Below the pieces are notes generated by a model. It saw only the letters and a program-made list of their open reading frames with translations. It was not told the origin of the DNA and ran no database searches. From Bdellovibrionales bacterium (GTDB lineage: Bacteria; Bdellovibrionota; Bdellovibrionia; Bdellovibrionales; JAUICD01), in NCBI GenBank assembly GCA_965197425.1, contig CBDANC010000013.1:243070-307069 (forward strand): a stretch of DNA of 64,000 bases, in the 5' to 3' direction. Position 1 is the stretch's first letter. Each line of letters begins with the position of its first letter. The position numbers and the translations under genes are program-made. Of this stretch, positions 42,313 to 50,863 are shown one piece after another.

Positions 42313-42340
42313 CATTCGGATAGTTCGTTCCACTACTTTA
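42313..42340 (-). promoter_or_regulatory. Putative sigma-28 (FliA)-like promoter
   Basis: TAAA-N16-TCCGAATG; TCCGAAT conserved in the paralog leader; spacer 1 nt longer than canonical. Confidence 0.35.
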
Positions 42341-42556
42341 ATTTATAGCCATAGATGTTAGTTTTATTTTTTGATTTTCTGTACGCTCAGACGTCTTTAT
42401 TTAAACTTAGCCTCATAAATTCTTGAATAAAGCCATAACAACAGTTAACTCATATCAAGGTTAACTTAACTGCTCATGAACCTATGTTAAACTTTGAATT
42501 AAGAGTGATAAACACCCAAGATAAAAGGATTAAAAGGGCATATAGGGACAAAAGGT

Positions 42557-45500
42557 TTAAGGCGTTGTTCGGTAGTACTCGATATGATTATCCAAAGATT
42601 CTAGATAACCATCGTTACCCGTTATATTATCAACTTCTTCTATCACACCGGATAGATGATCGTAGTCCTCTGCGTAGTAAAAATCTTTAAGTATGATCTT
42701 ATAGTACTCACCACTGCTAAACGATGATCCTGTTCTCTGCTCTAGCGTTATGCGTGATCTATATGGTCTTCTAGATCTATCTTCGTCTTGGTCATCATCA
42801 TAATAAGTTGCTAATACGTTGTTAGCTGTAGTTTCTGTACAGTCTTCATCAGGGATATTAGTTGTACAAGTTAACTTTCTAATATCGACAATATCGGATA
42901 TATCCCTATTAGTAAGTTCCTCAGCAGGTGCAGATGAGTCTATTTTAGCTATAAGACCATCAAATATAATTTCTATTGTATGGTCAAGAGTTACAGTATA
43001 AATACCATTTCTCTTTGCAATACTGACATCATCACTGTCCATGAAAGAGATCTCTGCAGTTGGAATGCCAATACATCCAACCCTAATTCCAGTGCTATCT
43101 CTGAGCGTAAAATATCCATCTACCTCAGCATCACATTCATCCATATCCAAATGGAAAATCTCATGTGTTATTGTATAAGGCAAGAACCCGTCATCTCCTG
43201 TAAGATTATCAGCTTGAATTGCCCATGGAGCGTCTACTGTGTAAACATAGTTCTCTAGCTCAATTCTGTAGTCAAAAGCAGGTACAGTTGTTGTAACAAT
43301 GGTACAGTTTTCTTCACCATTTACAGTAGTACATATCTCTTCTTCTACTTCAGCAACAGCGTTGTACCCGTCATCCGGAGCATATATTCTAATAAAAGAT
43401 TGTTTTCCTGTTTTGCCAACAAGTATTTTATCCGAAGTTATGCTTGTTCCTATTTCATTAACATCAGAATAAGTACAATCAGTATAATCATCACTGTCAG
43501 TGTCACAATTGAACAAAGCCCTGATATCTACCATATCAAAAACTCTGTTTGCATCTAAAGTCTGCCACCCTCTCTCACCAATGTAGGAAACTTCTCCATC
43601 AAATGTAATTGTTAAAATTGCATCGCTAGGTATTTTAAACACACTGCCAGGAGTTTTTGAAATAGGATTCCCACTTTGTGTTGTATAGCTAAAGGTGGCT
43701 ATCGGACGCTCGATACACTTAAGATTGTTGTCATCTTTTTCAAGTTGAAACCAGCCTGCCTCACCTCTAGTACAAGGTGTTTCACCTGCACCCACATAGA
43801 ATGCAGACGTCCTACTTGTCTGAGTTAAATACTCTGCTCTATTATCACTTGAAGAAACCAAGGAAGCGTCCGAAGTCTTGGCATAGTTTTTAACCATAAC
43901 TTCATAAATACCCTCTACATACTTCTCAAATGGTGGGTTTATTGTAATACGACTACCTTTACTAACACTAATCTGCTCCAGACCTATGGTATCTCCAATA
44001 AGATTATCATCACCAGCTCTTAGCTTCACCTCTACCATATCTAACACATGGTGTTCTTTGAGTTCTTCCCAATTAGCCTGCTGATCAATATAAGCAACCT
44101 TTGTGTTGAAATCTACTGTAATAACAACATCATCAGAACCAGTAGACGAACTATAAGAAACATCAACCACAGGAAGCTTTATACACCTGGTTCTTGAACC
44201 ACCTAACTCAAGCTCAAAGTAACCGATCTCATGCCTATCACATGGTGTTTCTGGATCACCCACATTAAAAACAAAGTATTTTGTGGTTTGGTCTAAATAT
44301 CTATCTATACCACCAGCACCATCGCTACCCTGAACTGTATAAATTAAATTAGCATCATCAACCTTAGCATAATTTCTTATAGAAACCTCGTAGTCACCAT
44401 CATCATAACCACCAGCTGGAGGCATCACTCTAATGTAGCTATCACCAGAAGATGTTGTACCAAAACTAAGATTAGCACTATTTATTTCATCACCAATAAG
44501 CTCAGTACTATCTTGCTTTATCGATACCATTTGCAGCAGACGATGCGAAGAAAGCTCTTCCCAAGTATAGAATTCTCCACCAGGACTACCCGGCCCTATA
44601 TACGCAACCTCAGAACCATCAGCATCAAACGCTATATCAATAACAATATCCCTAGCTCCAACAGGATTTTGACCATTTTGATTAGTATTCCTAAATGAAA
44701 CTTCAGGAAGTTTGATACATCTCACTCTGTTTCCTTCTCCATCAACAAGTTGGAAGTAACCTGGCTGACCCAAAGTACAAGGGTTAGTTTGAGTACCAAC
44801 ATAGAAATAAGTTGCTACTGATACACCATTAACATAATCAGCTGTATTCTCACTTTTGAAAATAAATCCTGCATCAGCAACTCTAGTATAATTTTTCAAT
44901 GTAATCTTGTAACTATCCTCGGAATAACCACCTATAGGAGGACCTATAATTATAGAATGTTGTCCGTTGCTGAAATTCACTCTCAACTGCTCTAAACCTA
45001 TAGATTTACCAACCAGATTTGCACCACCATCAACAGGAGTAATTTCAAGCATTCCAAGTAATCTACCAGCTACCATCTCCTGCCAACCAGTTTCATCTAT
45101 ATAAGCTATCTCAGAATCAAACAAAATAGTTATAACATTATTAATACCACCAAAATCACTATGAGTAAAAATGGGTTCAGGAACCTTGATACACTTACCA
45201 AGAGACTCATCTTCGTTATACAATTGGAAATAACCTAATCTACCAGTAGTACAGTTATTACTTATCTCCCCTACAAGAAATACCGAGTATTTTTTAGCTA
45301 AAACTAAGTACCTAGCTATACCAGATTCACCAACACCTTCACTATTAACAATTAAATTTGCATCACCTTCTTTTGCGTAGTCTTCTATCGAAATTTCATA
45401 GTCACCCTCAGCCCAACCATTTTCAGGAGGCATAATCCTAATATAAGTATTACCACCAGAAGTTAAACTAAAACTAAGATTAGCAATGCCTATTTCACCA

Positions 45501-46996
45501 TCACCTACAAGCTCTCTACCATCTCGTTTTACTGATACCATTTGCAATAGACGGTGCAAAGAAAGTTCTTCCCAAGAAAAGAAATTAGCATTATCTCGTC
45601 CCAAGTATACAATTTTAGAGTCAAACACTATATCGATCACAACATCATTAGAACCATCTGGTTGAGCCAAAGTGACACCACCACTTGTGTAATTGAAAGC
45701 AACTTGAGGCAGTACTATACACTTAAGTTTACTACCGTTACTGTACTCAAGCTGAAAGTAACCAGGCAAACCCTCGGTACAAGGAGTACTAGGCTGGCCT
45801 GAATAAAAGACAGCTTGCTCTTGAGCCACCTGAAGGTATTCATTTATATTATTACTACCTGAGATTAGACTTAAATCTTTTCGTCTTACATAGTTTTTTA
45901 CTGTTATTGTGTGACTACCTTCTGGATAAAAACCATCTAGCAAAGCTGGTGGCTTGATGGTGATATATGATTTACCATCCCTGACACCAACTTCAAAATC
46001 ATCCAACAGAACAAAGTCTCCCACCAAATTTACTGTGTCTTCATAATTTACCTCTACCATATCATACAGATCCAAGCTTTTAGATAACTTAGAACCTCGT
46101 CCATTTTCGTCAATGTAAGACACAATGGAGTCAAACTGAATATTGATATGCATATCTTCTTTAGATTCTTGTGAAGATCCTGAAATAGGATTACCATCCG
46201 AATCGGTGAAAGTAACTTCTACATCTGGTAATCTTATACACCCACTTTGTGGACCCTCACCGTTTCCTGCATCAGATGTTTTTTCTATTAAAAAATAGTT
46301 GCTAAGACCAGTGCTACACGCTTGTTCAGGACCCGTTAAATCATCACAAGAGGACAAGCCTAGGGAAGCCAAAATTAACATCGCCCCACTTAAAACTGGT
46401 TTTATTTTGCTGCCCAAAATTTTTGATGCAGGCCTTGCAAGTTTTAACCCTCTTACCGGAGTTAGTAAAAATAAAGACTGCGCTACTGAAAACCTAACTT
46501 CTTTTGTATCGTCTTTTACATTGTTACTTGCAAAACGACTATTATCCCAATCGTACAAATCTAGATTACCAAAAGCAGATTCACCAAAAGTTTTATAATT
46601 GTCTTCTGATTTATCTGCATCATCAATTTTTTTAATGCCAAGCCTATTACAGTAAGTATTGTTTACTAACTCACCTGAAGAACACAAAGATGATACAAAT
46701 TCTAAAATAGCATCGCCACATTCCCTGCTGTCTATTAACAGATCACCATCTTCATTTGTTTGTTGTAACTTATCAAAAATTTCTTGTGAGGAAAGTTCGT
46801 TGCCATCAATTGAGTGGACAACTTCTGATAAAATATCACATCTTGCTACTGCGTTTTCTATGAGGTTTAGATCATGTTCACTTGGCTGGGTATAACTCTC
46901 TAGACTGCCTGAAGTCAGATCCAAGCTCTGGGCATTTACATAGCCAGCAAACACAAAAGCTAATAAAAAAGCTACATAGCTTAAAAGCCCTTTCAA
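42557..46996 (-). CDS. Giant repeat surface protein, paralog 2 (1479 aa)
   Basis: N-terminus nearly colinear with paralog 1; internal LSSC lipobox (Cys217); same repeats. Confidence 0.85.
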   Translation of the reverse strand: MKGLLSYVAFLLAFVFAGYVNAQSLDLTSGSLESYTQPSEHDLNLIENAVARCDILSEVVHSIDGNELSSQEIFDKLQQTNEDGDLLIDSRECGDAILEFVSSLCSSGELVNNTYCNRLGIKKIDDADKSEDNYKTFGESAFGNLDLYDWDNSRFASNNVKDDTKEVRFSVAQSLFLLTPVRGLKLARPASKILGSKIKPVLSGAMLILASLGLSSCDDLTGPEQACSTGLSNYFLIEKTSDAGNGEGPQSGCIRLPDVEVTFTDSDGNPISGSSQESKEDMHINIQFDSIVSYIDENGRGSKLSKSLDLYDMVEVNYEDTVNLVGDFVLLDDFEVGVRDGKSYITIKPPALLDGFYPEGSHTITVKNYVRRKDLSLISGSNNINEYLQVAQEQAVFYSGQPSTPCTEGLPGYFQLEYSNGSKLKCIVLPQVAFNYTSGGVTLAQPDGSNDVVIDIVFDSKIVYLGRDNANFFSWEELSLHRLLQMVSVKRDGRELVGDGEIGIANLSFSLTSGGNTYIRIMPPENGWAEGDYEISIEDYAKEGDANLIVNSEGVGESGIARYLVLAKKYSVFLVGEISNNCTTGRLGYFQLYNEDESLGKCIKVPEPIFTHSDFGGINNVITILFDSEIAYIDETGWQEMVAGRLLGMLEITPVDGGANLVGKSIGLEQLRVNFSNGQHSIIIGPPIGGYSEDSYKITLKNYTRVADAGFIFKSENTADYVNGVSVATYFYVGTQTNPCTLGQPGYFQLVDGEGNRVRCIKLPEVSFRNTNQNGQNPVGARDIVIDIAFDADGSEVAYIGPGSPGGEFYTWEELSSHRLLQMVSIKQDSTELIGDEINSANLSFGTTSSGDSYIRVMPPAGGYDDGDYEVSIRNYAKVDDANLIYTVQGSDGAGGIDRYLDQTTKYFVFNVGDPETPCDRHEIGYFELELGGSRTRCIKLPVVDVSYSSSTGSDDVVITVDFNTKVAYIDQQANWEELKEHHVLDMVEVKLRAGDDNLIGDTIGLEQISVSKGSRITINPPFEKYVEGIYEVMVKNYAKTSDASLVSSSDNRAEYLTQTSRTSAFYVGAGETPCTRGEAGWFQLEKDDNNLKCIERPIATFSYTTQSGNPISKTPGSVFKIPSDAILTITFDGEVSYIGERGWQTLDANRVFDMVDIRALFNCDTDSDDYTDCTYSDVNEIGTSITSDKILVGKTGKQSFIRIYAPDDGYNAVAEVEEEICTTVNGEENCTIVTTTVPAFDYRIELENYVYTVDAPWAIQADNLTGDDGFLPYTITHEIFHLDMDECDAEVDGYFTLRDSTGIRVGCIGIPTAEISFMDSDDVSIAKRNGIYTVTLDHTIEIIFDGLIAKIDSSAPAEELTNRDISDIVDIRKLTCTTNIPDEDCTETTANNVLATYYDDDQDEDRSRRPYRSRITLEQRTGSSFSSGEYYKIILKDFYYAEDYDHLSGVIEEVDNITGNDGYLESLDNHIEYYRTTP

Positions 46997-47030
46997 GAAT
47001 CCCCCTAAAAGTAATATCCCTCAATGGGAA

Positions 47031-47058
47031 TATTCGGATGGTTTGTTCTACTATGTTA
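47031..47058 (-). promoter_or_regulatory. Putative sigma-28-like promoter
   Basis: TAAC-N16-TCCGAATA within a ~100-bp leader duplicated with paralog 1. Confidence 0.35.
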
Positions 47059-47111
47059 GCGTATAACCATAAATTAGTTTTATATTTTTGATTTTCTGTA
47101 TGAATATCCTT

Positions 47112-47443
47112 AAGACAAAGGACAAGAGACAAGATCGGCATCGTGTCCAGAGCTGGGTAATTCGCTAGACCAAAATCTTAATTGCTTAATAAGCGATCAA
47201 AACAAAAGTGATAAAGGCAATTCGGCTTTTAATGTAGTTTGAGTTGTATTCAAAGCTGGGCAACCACCAGGCTTTGAAAGTAGGCGAAGCCCCCTTGTTT
47301 TTGCCTCGTTGGAAGACCTTGGGGATGAGTTTGATGACATGTGTAGAGCTGGGCATCCACTTGGTCAAAAGATGTTTTGGTTTCACTTGCACTTCGTGCT
47401 GTGTTTCACCAGCCCATCTTATTGACCTCGCTAGGAAGACCTT
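47112..47443 (-). repeat. Head-to-tail array of 123-nt-family elements (full 47321-47443, shortened ~47231-47320, decayed ~47112-47230)
   Basis: Two AAGGTCTTCC heads 123 nt apart; three CCCAGCT cores. Confidence 0.8.
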
Positions 47444-47447
47444 GAAT

Positions 47448-47939
47448 TTAACTTAGAAGTTTATCCCATATACCATCTTTTTTTCCAGAAGTGATGTCTA
47501 TTGACTTAGAACTACCCTCAGACTTAGCAATAACAATAGTTAAAACTCCATCCTCGTGATGAGCTTTCACTGCACCTTCTTTTATTCCAGAAGGAAGACT
47601 TACCTGTCTTTCAAATACCAACGGAGTATCCGTTACCAGCGGAGTATCCGTAAAACAATAGCTTTTTTCACTATAGGTTTTATCGGAGTGTTTAGGTTTT
47701 CTCTCTCCTCTTATTTTTAATGTAGATCCATGCACCTCAACTTTTAAATCTTTTTTTGCCACACCAGGCAAATCAAAGCTATATAGATAATGCGTGTCTT
47801 TTTCTACTACGTCACATGGAGGCATCATGCCAGTAGGGTGATCAAATAAATTGAACATACCTCCAAAATCGTCCCTCATATCCGATAGCAGAGAAAAAGG
47901 TCTAAGCGATCTATGAGAATTATTAATTAAACTTTTCAT
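47448..47939 (-). CDS. Hsp20/alpha-crystallin small heat-shock protein
   Basis: DLPGV.K.D.KV, L.IRGER, A.HEDGVLTI; SD GGGAGG. Confidence 0.9.
   Translation of the reverse strand: MKSLINNSHRSLRPFSLLSDMRDDFGGMFNLFDHPTGMMPPCDVVEKDTHYLYSFDLPGVAKKDLKVEVHGSTLKIRGERKPKHSDKTYSEKSYCFTDTPLVTDTPLVFERQVSLPSGIKEGAVKAHHEDGVLTIVIAKSEGSSKSIDITSGKKDGIWDKLLS
47616..47651 (-). repeat. Two tandem 18-bp micro-elements inside hsp20 (TDTPLV x2)
   Basis: ACGGATACTCCGCTGGTA ACGGATACTCCGTTGGTA. Confidence 0.9.
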
Positions 47940-47954
47940 AATTAACCCTCCCTA

Positions 47955-48073
47955 AAGGTCTTCGCTGAAACTGAAAGTTGCCTAGGCGAAACGCAGTGCA
48001 AAGCACAAGTGCAGCCAAGGTACTTTCAGTATCAGAGTTGCCCAGTTTTGTTATTGTTACTACAACTCAAACA
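47955..48073 (+). repeat. 123-nt-family element (subfamily B body, different tail)
   Basis: First ~90 nt close to 33301; compensatory CTGA/TCAG versus CTAA/TTAG. Confidence 0.85.
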
Positions 48074-48107
48074 TGGGTCTTATTTTTGATAAGTCAAGAG
48101 GCCTTGT

Positions 48108-49496
48108 TTATTTTTTTAGCGGAAACTCCGCCCGTGTACGCCCATAGTCATCTTCATATCTAACTATGTCATCTTCACCAAAGTATTCACCTAATTGAAC
48201 CTCTACAAACTCTAAGACGCTGCCTTTTACATTCTCAATCCTGTGTTTTGCCAAAGCAGGTATGAATATATGATCACCAACATTTAGTGTAATATCTTTT
48301 CCATCCAAAGTAACTTTCCCTGTACCTTTTACAACAGTCCAATGTTCCGATCTTTTTTTGTGTGACTGATAAGAGAGTCTACAACCAGGATTTACCTTAA
48401 TAATTTTGATAGCAAAAAAAGGAGTACTTCTTACTTTTTCAAATTCTCCCCAAGGTCTTTTAACAGTGTCAGTATATGCATACTTAGTATTAGATATTTT
48501 TTTATATACTTGTTTAAGTTTATGCATTTTATCTTTATCTGAAACCAATAAGGCATCAGGACTATCCATTATGGTTAAATTATTGGTACCTAGAAATACA
48601 GATAACTTATCTGTATTAACAGAAAAAAAGCTATTATTAGATGCCTCATGTTCTATTAGTGGGTTTGCGGATACTCCGCTGGTGTAATTAGAGGACCACT
48701 GATTTATATTTCCAACATCCCTCCATCCAAGGTCACACACAATTACTTTTGTATCTTTTGCTTTTTCAGCTATTGCTATATCAAAACTCTGTGCAGATAA
48801 TTTTTTATAAACTTCATCTAAACTAGATAAATCAGCCTCCCTTAGTATCTCATGGGTTTTGGGCTCAAAAGTTTTAAAAAGCTCTATTAGATTTTTAACC
48901 TTAATTATAAAAATCCCTGAGTTCCAAAGGTAATTGGATTTTATGTACTTCTGTGCCATCTCCTTCGAAGGTTTTTCTACAAATTCTATTACATCAGCAA
49001 TATTGGAACCTTCATGTTTGATATATCCATGCTCACAACTAGCATGAGTGGGCGTTATGCCAAATGTAATGAGGTTATTGTTTTTTGCAGTTTGAATACC
49101 AAGCTTTATGTTGTCATCAAATATTTTTTGGTTTTCTATCAAGTGATCTGAAGGAAATATACCTATCACACTATCCTTAAAGCCTTGTTTTTCTAAAATC
49201 AATGCTGCTAATAACGCTGAATGAGCAGTGCCTTTTGGCTCTGGCTCTAATATAATATTTTTTGAGGCTACTAGCGGAGTATCCGTTTGAAGGTTTTCTA
49301 ATGAATCAATGGTTAAATTTTCAAGATGATGACTGGTAACAACAAGTATTTTTCCAAAGTCTTTTAGTCTATCAACGGTTTGTTCAAATAGGTTTGGCTC
49401 AAAGATAGGTGAAAATTGCTTTGGTTTATCAATGCGTGATATAGGCCAGAGTCTTGTACCAGCACCACCTGATAATATAACTGAAAAAAACTCCAT
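48108..49496 (-). CDS. manC: Mannose-1-phosphate guanylyltransferase / mannose-6-phosphate isomerase
   Basis: VILSGGAGTRLWPISR..PKQF, FPSDH, FVEKP, WNSGIF, RPWG, SYQSHKKRSEHW, EDDIVR. Confidence 0.93.
   Translation of the reverse strand: MEFFSVILSGGAGTRLWPISRIDKPKQFSPIFEPNLFEQTVDRLKDFGKILVVTSHHLENLTIDSLENLQTDTPLVASKNIILEPEPKGTAHSALLAALILEKQGFKDSVIGIFPSDHLIENQKIFDDNIKLGIQTAKNNNLITFGITPTHASCEHGYIKHEGSNIADVIEFVEKPSKEMAQKYIKSNYLWNSGIFIIKVKNLIELFKTFEPKTHEILREADLSSLDEVYKKLSAQSFDIAIAEKAKDTKVIVCDLGWRDVGNINQWSSNYTSGVSANPLIEHEASNNSFFSVNTDKLSVFLGTNNLTIMDSPDALLVSDKDKMHKLKQVYKKISNTKYAYTDTVKRPWGEFEKVRSTPFFAIKIIKVNPGCRLSYQSHKKRSEHWTVVKGTGKVTLDGKDITLNVGDHIFIPALAKHRIENVKGSVLEFVEVQLGEYFGEDDIVRYEDDYGRTRAEFPLKK
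48119..48136 (+). repeat. 18-bp micro-element at the manC C-terminus (RAEFPL)
   Basis: GCGGAAACTCCGCCCGTG just after the conserved DDYGR end. Confidence 0.8.
48667..48684 (+). repeat. 18-bp micro-element inside manC (TSGVSA)
   Basis: GCGGATACTCCGCTGGTG. Confidence 0.9.
49269..49286 (-). repeat. 18-bp micro-element inside manC (TDTPLV)
   Basis: ACGGATACTCCGCTAGTA. Confidence 0.9.
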
Positions 49497-49502
49497 CAAA
49501 AA

Positions 49503-49531
49503 AATATAGTGAACAAACCCACCCTTTGCAA
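49503..49531 (-). promoter_or_regulatory. Sigma-70-like promoter in leaderless position for manC
   Basis: TTGCAA-N17-TATATT-N6-ATG, no SD. Confidence 0.5.
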
Positions 49532-49547
49532 CACTTTAATAATAACA

Positions 49548-49623
49548 GAGGTCTTCCGAATGAAGCTAAAACTTTTTTTAGCTGAATGGTTGCCCAGCTC
49601 TACACATGTCATTAAATTAATTC
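49548..49623 (+). repeat. Internally deleted 123-nt-family element
   Basis: GAGGTCTTCC head, shortened hairpin AGCTAAAA/TTTTAGCT, intact TGGTTGCCCAGCTCTACACATGTCAT. Confidence 0.8.
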
Positions 49624-50062
49624 AACCAAAGAAGCATACAAAATCTAGAAAAAAGAAATAACTTATTGGGATCAATATCTCTAAACTCTTCTTTTACTAA
49701 AACACACAATTTGTTGTAACACTCCAGCCAATGTTGCATTTGAATAAAATCAATTGTTGTAGAAAAAAACATAACTCCATGCCTGAATAATAAATTAAAA
49801 TTACCAGAAATAGAAAGCTTGAAAGACAGTTCATATTCTAGAAAAATTTTTCCTAGGTAAAATGACTAAAGAAACAATAAATGTACACGGCAACCCGTAA
49901 GCTTAAAACATAAACAAAAAGTATCCTAATAATTAAGCAAAAAACTAGCTACTAAGTTTTTACAAACCATTTGATTAATACAAGCTTTACTTGCCACACA
50001 AAAAACCCTACTGTATCCTCTTAGTACATGCTGAATAGATAAAGATTATAATAAGGACTAAA

Positions 50063-50863
50063 ATGCACAAATTATATGCTTATAAAATATTAATTCTAGT
50101 GGTACTAGTTTCTGTCCCTGGTTTCGCTCAAGTACGAGATACGTATATGTCAAATGATTCTGTTTTTATTTACGATGAATTTGGGTGGCGGCTATCTGGT
50201 TCAGTAGGTAGAGTGTTATTTGATACAATAGACATAACATTCGATGACACCATATCCAGCCCTACCAGCCTTACGTCTCTGGAATACGGCACAACAGCAA
50301 ATTTGCAAGAAACGCTCTTTCCTTCATTGGCTCTAAGAATTGAATATAAACCCTATAAAGGATTGGCAGCTGATTTTGAAACAGCTTATTTTATGCACGA
50401 GATCGACGGCACAGATTCTAACTGGATATACCAATGCCCACCAGATACAGACCCCTGCGAGGAAATAAACGGATCCTTCGAGGGCAACAGAAAAAATTTT
50501 GTAGTACTGGTTGGGGGAAACTATTACTTTGACAACTCGAGTAGATTCACACCTTATGTACAAGCTGATGTAGGGATCTCTAATAGTTTTATTACACTTG
50601 ATTTTAAAGATTCTGATTCTGCGGATTTTGATGTTGCAAATGACTTTCAAATAATTCCGCTAATGCAAGGCGGAGCTGGTTTTGATACCAAGTTAGGCCC
50701 GGTATCCATTGGGGTTATGTATAAATATCTATTCCTAGGAGATCAAAATTTTGAATACGACCTAAGCTCTGGTGATACAGATATCGATGGAGAAATTCAC
50801 CTGAGTAATGTTGGTGGCCATGTATTAGAACTAAAGATTGGATCACGTAACGGCCTATTTTAA
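50063..50863 (+). CDS. Outer-membrane beta-barrel protein (OmpA/OmpW-like, about 8 strands)
   Basis: Signal peptide, FTPYV..DVG, QGGAGFD, YKY, terminal Phe. Confidence 0.7.
   Translation: MHKLYAYKILILVVLVSVPGFAQVRDTYMSNDSVFIYDEFGWRLSGSVGRVLFDTIDITFDDTISSPTSLTSLEYGTTANLQETLFPSLALRIEYKPYKGLAADFETAYFMHEIDGTDSNWIYQCPPDTDPCEEINGSFEGNRKNFVVLVGGNYYFDNSSRFTPYVQADVGISNSFITLDFKDSDSADFDVANDFQIIPLMQGGAGFDTKLGPVSIGVMYKYLFLGDQNFEYDLSSGDTDIDGEIHLSNVGGHVLELKIGSRNGLF

Noticed and set aside
42301..42319. Extra 18-bp micro-element (CCCCAGTGGAGACATTCGG)
   Set aside because: Aligns without an indel to the paralog leader at about 47019-47037, so it is not an insertion.
49620..49860. IS66 accessory-gene (tnpB) remnant on the minus strand (..LCVLVKEEF..DP.KLFLF)
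   Set aside because: Similarity is faint, the key D-x-R-K motif is absent, and there is no correctly oriented terminal repeat or transposase.
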